64,000 nucleotides of DNA from Camelus dromedarius (GCF_036321535.1 NC_087437.1:109618001-109682000); one strand, 5' to 3'. Positions 36,360 through 50,855 are shown, counted from the first letter of the stretch. The notes: generated by a model not told the origin, from the sequence alone. Translations and numbers: made by a program.

Positions 36360-38670
36360 CCAGGTTTCTTTTAGTCATGTTCAGTCAACATGGCCAATGT
36401 GATGGACTCCAGTGAAACACAAAGGCAATCAAGTTACCTACACATTAGACTATTACAGAAAGCTGGAGAGATGCTACAGCCTTGAGGTAGGATTGTGTAG
36501 AATCATTGCTAGCCCTGCTAGAAGACAGCAAACTGGTCCAATGATCTTTCACCAGCAGAAGCATCATTCACCAGCTCAGTAGGCCCCTATCAGGTGCTAA
36601 GGGATGTGTTCATCTTCCTCTTCAACAAAACCACATCTGGAATGGCAGCTGCATTGGAATCACCACCAGATAAAGTTTGCACTAATCCATTTTATTCTGC
36701 AAGATCCATGTGTCTTCAGAGCAGTGCCCTGTAGTCACCAAAAATCTAGTTATTTTCTCCTGTGTACAGTCACTCTGCTAAATGTCTGCAGTTCTCTTTA
36801 GGGAATGTAAAAGGAAGAGTCATAGACTAATATTTCAATAATATAGCAAGGTCCTTCCTTAGGATGACCCAGTTTCTCCTTCATTCAAGGGACTCTGGAG
36901 CTAGGAACTGACTCAAGATGGGAAACTGTTTGAAGGCCTGTCACTCTCTATAGTGGTGATTTAAATCAGACTTCTGTTTCTTAGACCTGGAACTTTTCCA
37001 CTTATACAAATCAAGTAAGACTTTACATAAGCTGACCTCTTATTTCCTTATGGACACAATGACCAATAAACTAACATTTATATTCTGTGCAGGTCAAAGC
37101 ATTCTGATTACTGATTTTGCTCAGCTGCTCAATATAGTAACCATGCCCACCTTGGCCTTGGCAATCGACTGTCAACAGTTGACTCCTATTCCAAGATACA
37201 TTATCCCCATTGAATTTAGAAAACACAGTTTGATGTCAGCAATTTACACTCTCATCCCTGGCTAGCAGAAAATAATTATTATAGAGCTCTTCAAGGAGGC
37301 TGGTGCTCCCTCACCAAGTATTTCTCAAAGCTACAAAATTATTTCTCAAATATAGTATCCTCTGGCGTCTCCTGCAGAACATAGTTAGAGAATGACTGAG
37401 CAGATATTATAATAAACCAACTCTAGCATTTTAATGTTCCCAAGCTTGTGATACTATACTATAATCCAGCAATTTCATTCCTAGGTATATACCCAAGAGA
37501 ATTGGAAACATATATCCACACAAACACTTGTACACAAATGTTTATAGCAGCATTATTCATAATAGCCAATAGACTGAAATAATCCAAATGTCTATTAACT
37601 GATGAATGGGTAAATAAAACATGCTATATCCATACAATGAAATATTATTCAACAGCATAAAGAAATGAAGTACTGATAAGTTCTACAATATGAAAAAGCC
37701 TTGAAAACATTATACTAAGTGAAAGAAGTCAATCAGAAAGGACCACGTATTCTATGGTTCCATCTATATGAAATGTCCAGAATAGGTAAATAAAGATGGA
37801 GAGCAGATTAGTGGCTGCTTGGTGATGGGGAAGAGGAAGAGAGGAATGGAGGTATTGAAAGGATGATGGCTAAGAGGTGAGGGTTTCTCTTTGTACTGAA
37901 AATATTCTACAGTTGAGTATAGTGATGGTCACACAACTCTGTGAATATACTAAACGTCACTGAAGTACAAATTAAGTGAGTCAATTGTAAAGGTGTGTGA
38001 ACTATATCTCAATTGAGTTGTTGAGCAAAACAGATGTGAGGGTGGGTTTTTAAGGAAAGATTTTTCCCTGCAGGGAAACTACCCATCGGGAATGAAAAAA
38101 GACTGCTTCCATTGGCAAAAGAGGGTCAACCAACCAAACTGGGGGCTAAGGGCCTCAACCCCATCAGAAACTACCTACATGTCTCCACTCCATTTTTTAA
38201 ATGTCCCACTTTCTTTCCAATCAATGCCTTAAATTTAACATAAAAGATTCTGTGAGGTTTGGAAAATCTTTTTTTTTTTTTTTGAAAAATCTTGGCCTTG
38301 CAGCTTCAGTAAACAAGGACATTAAAGTCCTGTACTCATCATTTTCTCTTTCTTAATTCTCCAGCATATTTAAAAGCAACCAACTATATCCACAGTCTTT
38401 ATAGTTTTTAGTTCCCCTGTAATACTCTATGTCGCAGCTACTTGGTCATACAGAGTCTTGCCTTCCCAAGGCAGTTGATACTAGGTGATTGCAGGGGATA
38501 ATTTAAGTATTGTTTGCCACTGTAGATCATGGACTAACCATTTACCATTTACCTTGGAAATAAAATAATCAGTGTCTTTTTATCTAGGCAAATGAAAAAC
38601 CAATTCTAGAGTCTCATCTTTAAGGTTTTATTCTCCTAGAACCTTCTGTTTTCCAGAATCACCATACCTT
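36360..38670 (-). mobile_element. ERVL internal fossil (gag and RT remnants)
   Basis: Minus-strand remnants: D*CKL..VVIP-AAAIPDVV, QFA..*QG, LPQG..SPA.C (RT, 36400-36700); QFP.LSQF..PE.LE* (gag end, about 36850-36930); GATTCTGGAAAACAGAA leader near 38650. Confidence 0.75.
37455..38030 (+). mobile_element. L1MB-like 3' end inserted in the ERVL fossil
   Basis: ATCCAGCAATTTCATTCCTAGGTATATACCCAAGAG...CACAACTCTGTGAATATACTAAA...TATATCTCAAT. Confidence 0.9.
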
Positions 38671-39038
38671 AGAATTCAATAAGGAATTCAGAGCCATTTT
38701 TAGTGTTATGGGTTAGGGATTTATTATATGAATTCAATTTCTCACAATGGTGAACAGAGCAGGTAAATGAAAGTCCAAAACGGGAATTTGGAGAATCAGA
38801 GAAAAGCCATTAGGCATTCCTCTTGACGATGGGACAAGCTGGAGGGGATGACAGACTACCAAGAATGTACAGTGACCAAAGTGGGACCGCAAAGGCTGAG
38901 CTCGTGTAGAGGTCTTTGGAAAGCTGTTGCATCTGACTATTGCCTTGGGATTCATAGCCAAAAATTTTGTGGTGGTCCTGGGGCTACTGTTATTTATCTG
39001 GGAGAGCAGTTGGGACAAATATCTGCAAATATTATACA
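38670..39038 (-). mobile_element. LTR33-like LTR (5' LTR of the ERVL fossil)
   Basis: Reverse complement reads GCAACAGCTTTCCAAAGACCTCTACACGAGCTC...GCGGTCCCACTTTGG...TTTTCTCTGATTCTCC...TATAATAAATCCC. Confidence 0.75.
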
Positions 39039-39877
39039 GCAGAGAAAAAAGAAGTAGAAATTGGAAAGACTATCCCAGTTGACTTTAATGTATAATTCAG
39101 CACAATATCATTCTGAGTCTTAAGCACAGTGATCGCTAGAGGAGTGGGGTAGGCAGGTAAATAAGAAGAGAGAAACAGAAAAAACAAACATCTTGGCTTT
39201 ACTGTCACCAATCATACCAGGCCAGTTATTCAAAATCCGGGACCTCTGCAGTCATTGGTCCTTATCACTAAGGCTTGAAAACATGACACTATTTTTGGTT
39301 TTCTCACATCTGTACTAGATGAGACCTAAAACATAAGAGGGCTTCAACATGGATGTTTGGTTGTATGAGTGAATTCATGACTAAGGAAACAAGGATTTGG
39401 CTTTCAAAGTCCTCCTACTGCTTTTTAACCCCATGCCCATGTTATTTTTGCATTCTGTACTGATAAAAGCTCTTGCCCCAGAGGTAAGGAACTCAGGGAC
39501 ATCGAGGCTGATGCAAAATGGAAGAGGAAAGGAACAGAGTCAGTGGTTTTATGATGGGGGTGGAGATTCAGCAGACTGTAAGGATTAAGGTAGAGCTTTC
39601 ACTCAGGTGGAAATATCACAGCTTTCCTTTTTAAAGGAAAGTATGTTCTTTCCTGACCTGTTATGGACATGACCACCAGGATCCATGATTATAACTAGGG
39701 GAGGAGAGAATTAAGGAGTGGATGATTATCTGTAAATTAACCCCATCTCTTTTTTCTTTGTAAAGCACCTTTGAAGAAAAGCCTATGTCCTGAAAACTTC
39801 TTCCCTATAGTTTGGGGCTAAAATGGGTAAGTTTGAAATGCCCAAATATGGACAAAGGCTACCAAAACTCTCAGAAT

Positions 39878-42800
39878 TGGGACAGGATCCAAATTTTTGT
39901 AGAAATTAACATTTAATTAATCTGATGCACTCTCTTTAAGAAAAATAATGCAAAATTATGAGTAAAATTAAATGCTCATTTAGAATAATAAAATAAACAA
40001 ATTACAAAGTTAAAAAGCTAGTAGATATCAAAAAATATAACAAATCCTTCCCCCAAAGAAAACACAGTATCTTTTGTTCATCGACTTCTCAATTCACTTG
40101 TTTAACACATTTTCCTACGTAATTTGGCTGCTCCACTTTTTGAGTTCCTCTTCACATGACAATGACCTTGGCATATCATTTATTCTGGGAGAATAGGCAG
40201 ATAATTCTGTCTTTAGCATGATTGCTTGAAATTTGTTTTATTACTGGTAATTTGGAACATTTTATTTCACTTTCATAATTTGTTATTGGTAACATCATTT
40301 AAATGTTTTAAGTTTTTGTCACGTTTGCAAAAAGTTCTATTAGATTTTCTTCTTCCCTGAGCTGTATGCTTTCAGGACATTTCAAATGTTCTTGTGCATT
40401 GACTGGTATTTTGAATTGATGATATTCATGAAACAGCCTTCACCAAGGTCCTCATTGCAGTGTCACTGATATTGTCAATATTTCATGTTAAAATCAGCCG
40501 TCTTTGTTAACTGCCTTATCAAACAAATTAAGAGCTACTCATTACTTCTGTTTAAAACTTTCCATTATCTTAATTTCTTCTTAGATATGATCTAAACATT
40601 TTTTGCTCAGTTTTTTCATTATATCAGTGTAATTCATATTAATTGCATCACTCATCTTAGCTTTTTTACTTTATATTTATTTTATTTCCATTTTCCCCAA
40701 TGTTTTAATAAACAAATTTAAAGAAGACAAAAGGAAATACTCTTAATATGCATCCAAATCTGGAGTCTATGATTTCCCATTTATTATATCAAAAGATTTC
40801 AAAATAACTTTTTAAATGTAAATAATGTATTTAAGCTTTATCAATTTTTGAATGAACTTTTGCATCTTGGTTTTTTTCAAGCTTCTTTTAAGTATTCAAA
40901 ACATATTTTAGAGTCTTAAGTTTTGCAACAGCTTCATAAAGAGTAGACCATCTTATTACATTTATATTTTTAAAAAATGCAAAAAGCTGGCAAGGATTTT
41001 AAAATACTCCATCAAGAGACGGATCTGTAGAGAAAACACATCAAGTTTACAAAATAGTGAGACAGTCAACGACTTCAGGCACTGTAGGAACAGGTCTTTT
41101 CCAAAGATTATGACCGATAAATTTTAAAATGTTGTTCAGTGGTTGGGTATAATTGTCCAGGATTAGTTTCATTTTGTTGAATAACCTCACAGATACATGG
41201 CCTTAAGTTGATGAAAAAGTTAAAATCACTTACAGGGTTTTCTGCTATAGCAGAAATACCCAATAATTAACAATAATCTGTGTTTATAACATCTAATGTA
41301 GAATTTACCATGTTGCTATGATATTTGATGTCTGGTTTACTTTATTTGCAACTTCATTTTATAGAGATTTCCAATTATTTTTATTAATTCTTTAGGGCAA
41401 AAAAGTTGCATCTGCCCATTTTGATATCTTCCCACATGCTTGTGCAAAAATGAATCAATTCAGTAATTAATTTGAGGTTATCCATGAAGTTTCCATTATT
41501 TTAGGATTGCAAATTTTCATAGCAATCTCTGAAGGATCATTCCCTCTCACTTTAGAAATGTCATAACTGCAACTATTCAATTAAAAGTGAAACTCTTCTT
41601 TCTTATGTCTAAGATATTGTCCTGGTGCATTTTTATTATCTGCATGAAATCCAAGTAAACAGCCTACTTAATCTTTCTGAAATCGTCTTGAGAGCTTTCA
41701 TCCAGAGAATCTGAGTTATTAAGTAGCATTAGTCTTGCTAAGAGTCGTTTCTAAATGAAGTAATGCATGCAACTTGCAGCCTTGGATTCAAGTAGCCAGG
41801 ATCATATATATATTTGCTCACTTTGAATTTTCTTAATTCTTTATTTGACCATTACAAATTCTGTTTGATCCACTGTAGATACTATTGAGATCTAGATTTT
41901 GAAAAATATTTGATTTCCTTTAAACAGTAGAGTTAACTGTACAGGAATCATACCACAATAAAGGTGTTAAAAATAATAAAAATTTTAAAATAAATGGAAA
42001 AAAATTACAACAAGAACATTTCATTTAAAAAAAATGTTGAATACAATTATTTTTCATTGTAACAGGCCATACATAATAAAAGATCATGGTACTTATTGAA
42101 GTCAGTGGATTCACCAGAATGAAAGGACTGTTCTCTTGAATGCTCTAATGTCTGATGTTCATTCAAACGGACTTATTTTATAACAATTTTATCTTCCTTC
42201 CAGTTTGTTTGTTTCCTATTGATTGTGTCCTGATTCTCCTGATCTTTTCTATTTCTTCTTGTCATTTTCATTATCTGTATTTTCTCGATTACTGTAATTC
42301 TTATCCTCATGATTTTTACCAGTTTTTACTGTCACTACTTATGCATTAAAGATATTTGATATGTAGAAGTTTTAGTCTCCTTTCTTTCAAGTTGTGTTTT
42401 TGGCTTCCAGGAGGATGTTTTCTTCCTGAAATATTTGAATTTGGATTAAAAAAATCAATAATCCTGAAAATAATCTGAAATTTAAACAGACACAAAAGCA
42501 ATTTAAATAATTAAAAATTGTCGCTATTGGGATACACAGTTATGTACTGACATTACTCCTATATAATTTACACAGCTTATTATTTAAATGGTAAAAGTTT
42601 TGTGACTCTAACATTTATTTCTATAGCCAGATTTTTTGTGTGTGTCAGTAGCAAATTTTTATGCTGTTCCACCAGGGACTACCAGGGACAAGATGCATTA
42701 GAGATTCTAAAACACAATTCAAAGTTTTAGGATGAATAAAATATGTTCATTTCTGTTCAAACGAGAAAAACAGAGTGTGGTGCATTTGTAATTGTACATG

Positions 42801-43461
42801 CTACCGTGTTTGTTGAGTATAATTCTGACAGGACGGAACTTCTATTTTGAGTAGCTGTCAATGAGAAACAAACCCTACGCTTACAGTCTCATATGTTATT
42901 CACAGACCACCTTCCAATTCTGCACATTTCACAACATTGTTTCTCCTCCAGTTACCCCTTTAGTATCTGGGACGTGTGTCATTGGACATATTAACATCAC
43001 AAAATAACTTGCAGTCCTGGTTCTGGTTTTCAGGTAGGGATGCTAAGAGAATCAGCACAGCGGGCAGCTGGAATATTTGCAGGAATCATTCCTACTCTGG
43101 GTTCATTAACAATAATTTAACTGTACATGTAGGTGACTGCAAGCCATAAAAACATATCCCACTGACCCAAACTAAACATATTCTCAAATGAACATCTTTC
43201 TGTAGACTAACTATGGTGACATTGATTGCTATTCCAATGTCACCAAACACCAGGGGGAAGCATGATAGAGCAGAGTTTGAATGGAAATATTTAGCCGGCT
43301 TACGGGATTGCAGTTAACATATCTTACTTTTGTAAATTACACAAAGACCTGTGACCAAGAGAGTCCATTGAGAGGGCTTCTTCCAGAGCCTGGCTGGAAT
43401 TAGCGTCTGTGAAGGACCCTGCGACTTAAGCTTCACTGGCTTCATGGAATATCTACTTCTG
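39878..43461 (-). mobile_element. Arthur1/MER69-like hAT-Tip100 DNA transposon, near full length
   Basis: Left end GGATCC...CTCTTTAAGAAAA; right end CTTAAGCTTCACTGGCTTCATGGAATATCTACTTCTG; minus-strand hAT dimerisation remnant NLIELFANVTKT*NI*MMLPITNYESEIKCSKLPVIK at 40235-40350; degenerate 8-bp TSD CTCAGAAT/TTCAAAAT. Confidence 0.85.
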
Positions 43462-45877
43462 TTCAAAATCCTTCAACTTTCATCTGAGTGATTGTATTGA
43501 TGATGTCTCATAAAACAACGGGGACCAACTCTAGTCGGACAGATCAGAGGAACCTGCGGTGACCACCGTTTTAAGGGATAAAAGACGCTTGCATCACAGG
43601 ACTTCCTGAGGCTTAAAGCAAATTGGCATTTCTTTCCTGACACCATTCCCTGCCGCTGTCTTAACATCTCTATTTTCTTTCCACCACTTTATCAGAGTGC
43701 GGGTCCTGGGCCCCTCTTGCCCCTTGGAAGAGCATTGTCTGAAAAAAAAAAATGAACAGATTTTATAGTTCTTCACATTCAATGCATGGAAATTGGGGGA
43801 TGGAGCAGATGAAAAAAAAATGCAGAATTCTGGGAAAAAAAGACAAATATTCCAATGTTTTCTTAAAAAGAAAAAGCTGTTTACCCACTCTGTTTATATA
43901 TATTTCCCTTTGCCCATTTCTCCTGGATGCCTGATTTCTCTGGGCTAAGCATGATCCCAAATACCAGGTCACAGAGGCAAGGCAAGTATTGCACAGACCA
44001 GGTAGCGAATCAAAGCCAGTGCCTCACTGACCCAGCCGGAAATTTCTACCAGTAATGTCATTCCCTGGCACTAAGATTTAGTTCTTCTAGAACATTCTCA
44101 CTGAAGCCCTTCTAAATGCAAAGGAGAAGGATTGTGTTAAAAAAAAAAAAAAAAGACCCTTGCAGATACTCCCTGCCCAGCAGTAGTATGACTGGGACCT
44201 TTGTGTGAAACAGACTCATTCCAAATAAGATTAATTTTGTAGACCTAAATCTTAACTGGTAGAGCAATTTTTATGTTAAAAATGTTTAGTATTATCAGTA
44301 TTATCTTTCCATCTTCAACTAGACATGAGCTCCACGAGGGAAGGGATAGGCACCAGTATTTGAGTGAGGCTTCCCAATTACCCAAACCAATGCCTGGGTC
44401 AAAACAGGCGTTTTGTTGAGGAAATACAATATTTAAGTAAGGTTCACACTCCAGAGAGATGCATTATGTTTACTCTGTGGGTTGGCAGACCTATGGTTCT
44501 AACCCTCTGTATCTGGGCAAGCATAGGGCAGCTAAGTCATGTCTCTAGAAGGCATCAATTAAAATATTTTTTCTGTTACTAGTGAGATAAGATTTTAATA
44601 CAGATTAACCTTAGCTGGCTGTCAACTAGCAGGAACTTGAAGGCATATGACACAGAGAAACTATTAATCTAGAGTCAGGAATGAGAGAAGCTCTTACTGG
44701 AATCCAAAGTGGGGACCGAGGTGCTAAAATAAATTACACTGACCTCCCTTTTGTTTGTTTGTTTGTTTAAACATTTCAGGCAATGGTTCTGCTTTGGTGT
44801 GATTACAGCATTTTCCCTGATTCATAATTTTATTTTGGAAGCTTGGGAACTTATCTTCTTGAGTCCATCCATATCTTTGAAGCAGAATTGGAAATTCTGA
44901 CTGTGATCTGAGCAGTGAAGTTCCACAGTTGATTTGCCTTTTTTTTCTTCCTGAAGCAAAGCCAGTTGAGTAATCCCATGCTACAGACCTTGTCTTTTCT
45001 CCATGATATATTAACTATTTTGACTCTATCTGCAACAGTTTATTCTGTGATTTGTCCCTAACATTTTAAACAATTATGAATCCACTAAAACCTTAGGTAC
45101 CTTCTTCAAAGTAAAATCAAGTCATCCAATTTTGAAAATGTTAAACTTTGGTTACAAACAACACTCTAATTCTGACGATATTTAGTCTCTAGATTCAGGG
45201 ATGCTGTACACAAAGGACTTGGTGCCTTAACTGAGGACCAAATGCCATAGTTTTCCGACCTCAACATGTGTAAAAATTGCTGCTATTTGTCCAAATGGTA
45301 AGCAGGGCAGACACCCGGAATATTCTCTACTAATAATTTAATTTTACCCACATATAAACATTGCATTTCAAGTCTCAAGTGTTTCTGATTGATGCCTACT
45401 ATGTTTTGTTATGTTCCAACTTGATTATCAGTTTGCTGATTTTTAAGGTTAAGTATGCCACTAATTATAGAGAGGGCTAATTGGTCCAATTTGGAAAAAT
45501 GCTGATAATCAAACTGGTGTACCTTCTTGTATTGCAAGTGACATTTTGAAACAGTTTCCAGCTTTTAATTATGGTGAGCTTGCATTTCAAAAAACTAATT
45601 AAGGTTCCTTATTGTTTCTTTTGCAACCAAAATTTTTACCCCAAAGCTACCTAGCAAGAAAAGACAAAGAGATCAGAAGATTTCTTTTTAGTTTTTGATT
45701 CCTTTTTCTTTCTCTATATACCAAAAAGGATATATGTTCAGTTTGGGGCAGGATGGTCTGGGGGTGACGCAAAACCACTCTAGGGGGTTCTTGGCACTTC
45801 CAGATGATTTAGTGATAGTTTGATAAGTCTGAATAAATGTATTTGGTAAATGACTGAACAATAAGAATTAATAGGTT

Positions 45878-46000
45878 TATTCATTCATTCATTCATCCAT
45901 TCACTCCAGAAATGTTTATTGAATGCCAGCTGGAGGCCAGGCAGTGTTCTATGAACTAGGGGAAGTAGCAATGCACAGATAAGGTCCTTGCTTTGGGACT
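45878..46000 (-). mobile_element. L2 3' end
   Basis: (TTCA)n tail, then AAATGTTTATTGAATGCC...GCCAGGCAGTGTTCTA. Confidence 0.8.
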
Positions 46001-46224
46001 TCTGAGAGCTGCAAAACAGTGGACGAGGTAGAAAATGATGTAGACAAAATGCCTAGAAATCATACACATGTAGAATATATACATGCAGATAAACGTGTGG
46101 AAAAAATACACAGGAAGCTTATTTATTATTATGTAACTTCAAAACTATGAGATGAACGTAAATTGTAACTTGCTCAGAGATGTAAGCTATCTCTGGAGGA
46201 TGCCTGAAATAAGAGGTAAGTCTA

Positions 46225-46548
46225 GGAGTATATGATAGAAATAGAATGTGGGCCCTGAATGTGGCTCACATATGAATATTAAATTTCCCAGCAACCACAT
46301 TAAAAAAAAGGAAGAAGCAGCAAGTGGAATTAATTTTAAGATCATATTTTTAACACAATATATCCAAAATACCATTTCAATAAGTCAATTTAATAAAATA
46401 TATTAGATGTTTTACATTCTATTTTAGTACTAAGTTTTCAAAATCAAGTATATATTTTCTACATATAGCCCATCTCAATTCAGATTAATTACATCTCAAA
46501 TACTCAGCTACCACATGTACCTACTGGCTGCTGTAGCACACAGTGCAA
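46225..46548. mobile_element. MER33-like hAT-Charlie MITE
   Basis: AAATTTCCCAGCAACCACATTAAAAAA...CAATATATCCAAAATA...CATCTCAATTCAGA...CCACATGT. Confidence 0.85.
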
Positions 46549-46644
46549 GTGTCTGGAATGTGAATTCTGGCTGTCAGAACCTATTTCTGGTCTGTCGATG
46601 CACTTTTCTGTACTATGGGCTGTTGTCCTGACAGATGTTTCCTA

Positions 46645-46785
46645 TTTATTATTCACTCAATGCTCATTTAATAGATATTTATTGAGCAACTACTAGTTGC
46701 TAGGTATGATTCTGGGTGGTGGGGATTTGTTGTGAACAAAAACAACAAAAATCCTTGCTTTAATGACATTTACATTCTAGTGGGT
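46645..46785 (-). mobile_element. L2 3' end
   Basis: ATATTTATTGAGCAACTACTA...TTTACATTCTAGTGGG. Confidence 0.8.
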
Positions 46786-47565
46786 GTTGTTATCTGGGTC
46801 AATCTCAGACCCCAGGTTATGTTGAAGAGTGTTAGCCCTTTTGGCTGGTTTAATAAATGGTTTTCACAAGGTGAACCTATTATGTGTATTCTTGCTAAAA
46901 CCAGTACCTCACTGTGCACTTAATAATTTCTATACATAAAAACCCAATACATGTAATTTCCATTCCATAACACTCTTTATCAGAAGTGCAGTTGTTACAA
47001 ATGGTGTTGAGTGAAGAAGAGTGGAAGGGAGGTTGAAAAAAGCATTGCCTAGTGCCCCAAACCCCCAAACTTTCGGTGCCATTCCTATAGTGAATGGCAT
47101 TTTCAATGTATTGTAACTTGTCTTCGTTAGAAAATCGATTGAGGAAACTATGGGTAGAGTTATTGCTCTGGGAAACTGATTTTAATTTTCTTCCCTACTC
47201 ACAGTCACGATTACTATCTTAAAATACCCAAACAGTCAAACAAACAAACAAGAAAAAAAAAGCAGTTCTCTGAAACGACTCAACTAATAGCAACCCATTA
47301 GTGGAGGGAAAACACATATAGTCAACCAAGATTTTTCAATTTGCTTTTGCTTATTCGAAAGTAGTCCTTCTTGAATGAAAAATGTGCCAATATAACTTGA
47401 ATTCCACTTATTAGACTGGACTTGTTCATTTTCTTAGCAGTGATTCTTAGCTGAATCTGGGAATCACCTGATTGTATATGAAAAAGTCCGACACTATTTA
47501 AAATGTAGGTTTTATTATTATTTATGTATGACAACATTGACAGATTAGACATTGAAAAGGTAGTT

Positions 47566-47945
47566 TGTTAGACCCACAGAGCCTAAGAGGAAAGGGCACA
47601 TCATGCCATGGGGTGAGGGCACCTGGGGAAGCACCAGTGTTCCTCAGAAGGAAGAGAAAGAGAGGAAGAAATGTGGGCAAGAATCCTTATTGAGCTTCCC
47701 ATGGAAAGAAATGGGTGAGGGAGAGTGAGGAAGCTTAGACTTGGCTAGTTGGAACAATTCCAGCATGCTCTGGGACACAGGGGCTGTTTCTGGTTGTCTG
47801 GGACTTGGTCCTGGGGTGTTTAGGGCAAGTCACCCACTCAGGGCTACTATCTAGGAATTAGCTAGCCCTGGGAGGGGCAGTCCCTCCAGAGTCAGCAAGG
47901 CCTCAAGGCGTCAGAGCATCAAAGTGTAGAAAATAGGAGGTGATG
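47566..47945 (-). mobile_element. MER74-like ERVL LTR
   Basis: CTAGGAATTAGCTAGCCCTGGGAGGGGCAGTCCCTCCAGAGTCAGCAAGGCC is the reverse complement of the recalled MER74 5' region. Confidence 0.85.
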
Positions 47946-48432
47946 CGTATGGAAAATGTAGGCAGCAGCTGGTCCAGGGTTTCTAGGCTACTAGGTGGTT
48001 CCTGGTTGTAGCTGGCGTAGCCTACATCAAGTGACGCCCACCGTGAGGAGGGCTCAGCTTGCAAGTGGAAGGCCCTTACCCACTTCCTGGCGCTCCCCAG
48101 GGTGGGATGAGCATGAATGCCTTCGTAAAATCATACCATGGAGAGGATGCGAGACCTGAGTTCATTGCCTACCCCCATCTCCACATTAGGTCCAAGCCCT
48201 TTCCCTGGGGGTAAACATATCCCCTTCCATAGCCCTCAAGTGAATCTGCCTCCAACTATGAAGGTGAATAAAGAAAACCTGGACCACTACCCCACGGGGA
48301 ACACAGTACTGATTTGGACCAGAAAATTGTACAGGTCCTTCAGCTCACCTCTTTTACCCAGTGATGACTTTTATGCTGATCTTCTGTCCCTTTGCTTATG
48401 GAGGAGATGGCTTACGTAAATAACTTAATCAT

Positions 48433-48866
<434 letters not shown>

Positions 48867-49334
48867 TGCATGGGTAATGTGGATGCCCAGGTTAAACTTC
48901 AGAACAATTAAAACAGTATGTCTGAAATGTGGTCCAGGCTTCACTATTTTTAAAGCTACCCAGGTTATTTTAATGTCCAGAAATGGCTGAACATGACTGC
49001 TTCCTGCATCTGCCATCGTGTTTGCCATTGATTGCTTTAATTTTTTCATGGTTTCTTTCTTGGGAAATGAATCTAAGAACTTTCCTCTGTGAATGTCAAC
49101 GTGAGTTGACTTTCTTAATTCATTTGAGGGTCATCTTCCCAGTTCCTGAAAACTCCTTTTCACAATCAGATGTCACTTCAGAATAAACTTGAGTGTTACT
49201 CACATGACATTGGATGACAATGATCAGTTCGTTTTGATACAGCATTTAATTATGATGCAAACCTCTTTAGGAAATTGGGCACAGGGCTCTAAAAATAATT
49301 ACAAAATCCACTCACTTTCTGAGAACATTTAGAG

Positions 49335-49505
49335 TATGGATACTCAAAGCATGGCCAGGAGCCTGACAACATTTGCATTCCTTGGCAATTCATTACAAAT
49401 GCAGATTCTCTGGCCCCGCCCCAGACCCACTGAACCAGATTCTGCGTTTCAGTGAGATCCCTAGGTGATTAATGTGCACATTAGAGTTGGAGAGGCCCAG
49501 GTTTA
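49335..49505. mobile_element. MER5A-like MITE
   Basis: AAATGCAGATTCTCTGGCCCCGCCCCAGACC...AGGTGATT...GCACATTAGAGTTGGAGA. Confidence 0.85.
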
Positions 49506-50559
49506 GTGTCAGTTAGAGAAAGAGTGTCACAAATTTAACTGGACACATCCAGTATCCACACTGATTCCAAGTGGCCCCTCGATTTCCTTGGATTTCTGCT
49601 CAGACATGCCAAAGCCTGTGACACACAGCTCACAGACCTCCAACAGTCTTTCTGCTGAAGAATCTCTGCTCTGAAGCAACCGACAAAAGGGATTTTTTTT
49701 TTCTTAAAGGGCAAATGAGATCAAAACATCTCAGCGTGAGCTTACCACTGAGTAAAGGTTCTTTATCTTAGTCTCCAGGTCTGTTCTAATTCATTCCTGC
49801 AGCCTCCTTTGATGAGGTTTTCCCCCTCTTCCCTTTTTCCTTTTACTCAGATTTCTCAACCAAATAAGCTTCTCACTGAGAGGTTAGCAATTATAGCCCT
49901 CTTTTCTTCAACACGGGCTGAGCTGTGTAGCAAAGCTCATCTTGACCCTGCTTCCAGGCAGAGCTTCTCCCATTTATCAGTCCCTCCATTTTAGAGCTGA
50001 TACCACATTTTTTCCCCTCTTGGCATCATTTACCTGAATTTGTGAAATATAGAAAACCATTAGAAATAGACTTGCAATTGCATATCCCAGATATTAAATA
50101 TGAGATTATTTCTAAGGCCATTTTCTCCTCTTTATTCTGCTTCACTCCCTAGAAAGCGTACTTAGTTTGTTCCTGCCTTAGTACTTCTTTTCTGCCTCTA
50201 AAACTACCCAGTGAAGAATTATGATAAATCAGCCTTAAAATATCTAAGTTGCAGGGGTGGGGGACGGGGGCAGAATAAAATGCTAAAATTATCTTTCCCT
50301 CTCTCTCTCTCTATGTATTTATGCACAAATAACAACCCTGTGTCCTCTGTCCTAACCCACAGGCTGAATCAGTGGTCCTTGTTGCAGTAATTTTGATTAC
50401 TGTAATTATTTTTTGACCATCATGCTAACTCATTCTGAGTTCTTTGGTTCTAGATTCTGGCCATTCATTGCAGATTTGGGGAGGAGGTAAACCAGGCTTC
50501 CCTGGGCCTCACACTGTGTTCCATCATCTTGGAAGCACTGTTCGGGTCAATAGGTGATC

Positions 50560-50855
50560 GTATGACAAGCAGAGCCAACCAGAGCCCTTCCCTGGGGCAG
50601 CCGTTCCTTCTCCATTGGGGATTCCAAGAGGAGGCTTCCAGCAGTGATATCTCTTACCTTGTGGAGAGGGCCTATTGGCGATGGAAGAGAGGAAACAATC
50701 AGGAGCAGGGGCAAGTAGAGAGGATAGAGTGCTGGAGAACCCCTGAGACATCCATTCCTATAGCTCCCTTTCCCTCAGGCATGGGCCAATCATTCAGTCT
50801 TTTGCTGAAGCTGATTTGAGATGGACTTTATCACTTGCATTTGCCAGAGCCCCAA
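50560..50855 (+). mobile_element. Old MLT1 (J/K/L-like) LTR fragment
   Basis: GCCAACCAGAGCCCTTCCCTGGG and 3' TTTTGCTGAAGCTGATTTGAG...TCACTTGCA. Confidence 0.55.

Noticed and set aside
13848..39038. The two LTR33-like copies as paired LTRs of one provirus
   Set aside because: Opposite orientations and about 25 kb apart
45192..45303. Exon-like segment ending in ATG|GTAAGC
   Set aside because: Weak acceptor and stops in all three frames; no other support
46790..47560. Possible further DNA transposon or coding fossil
   Set aside because: I found no ordered protein motifs or termini by eye
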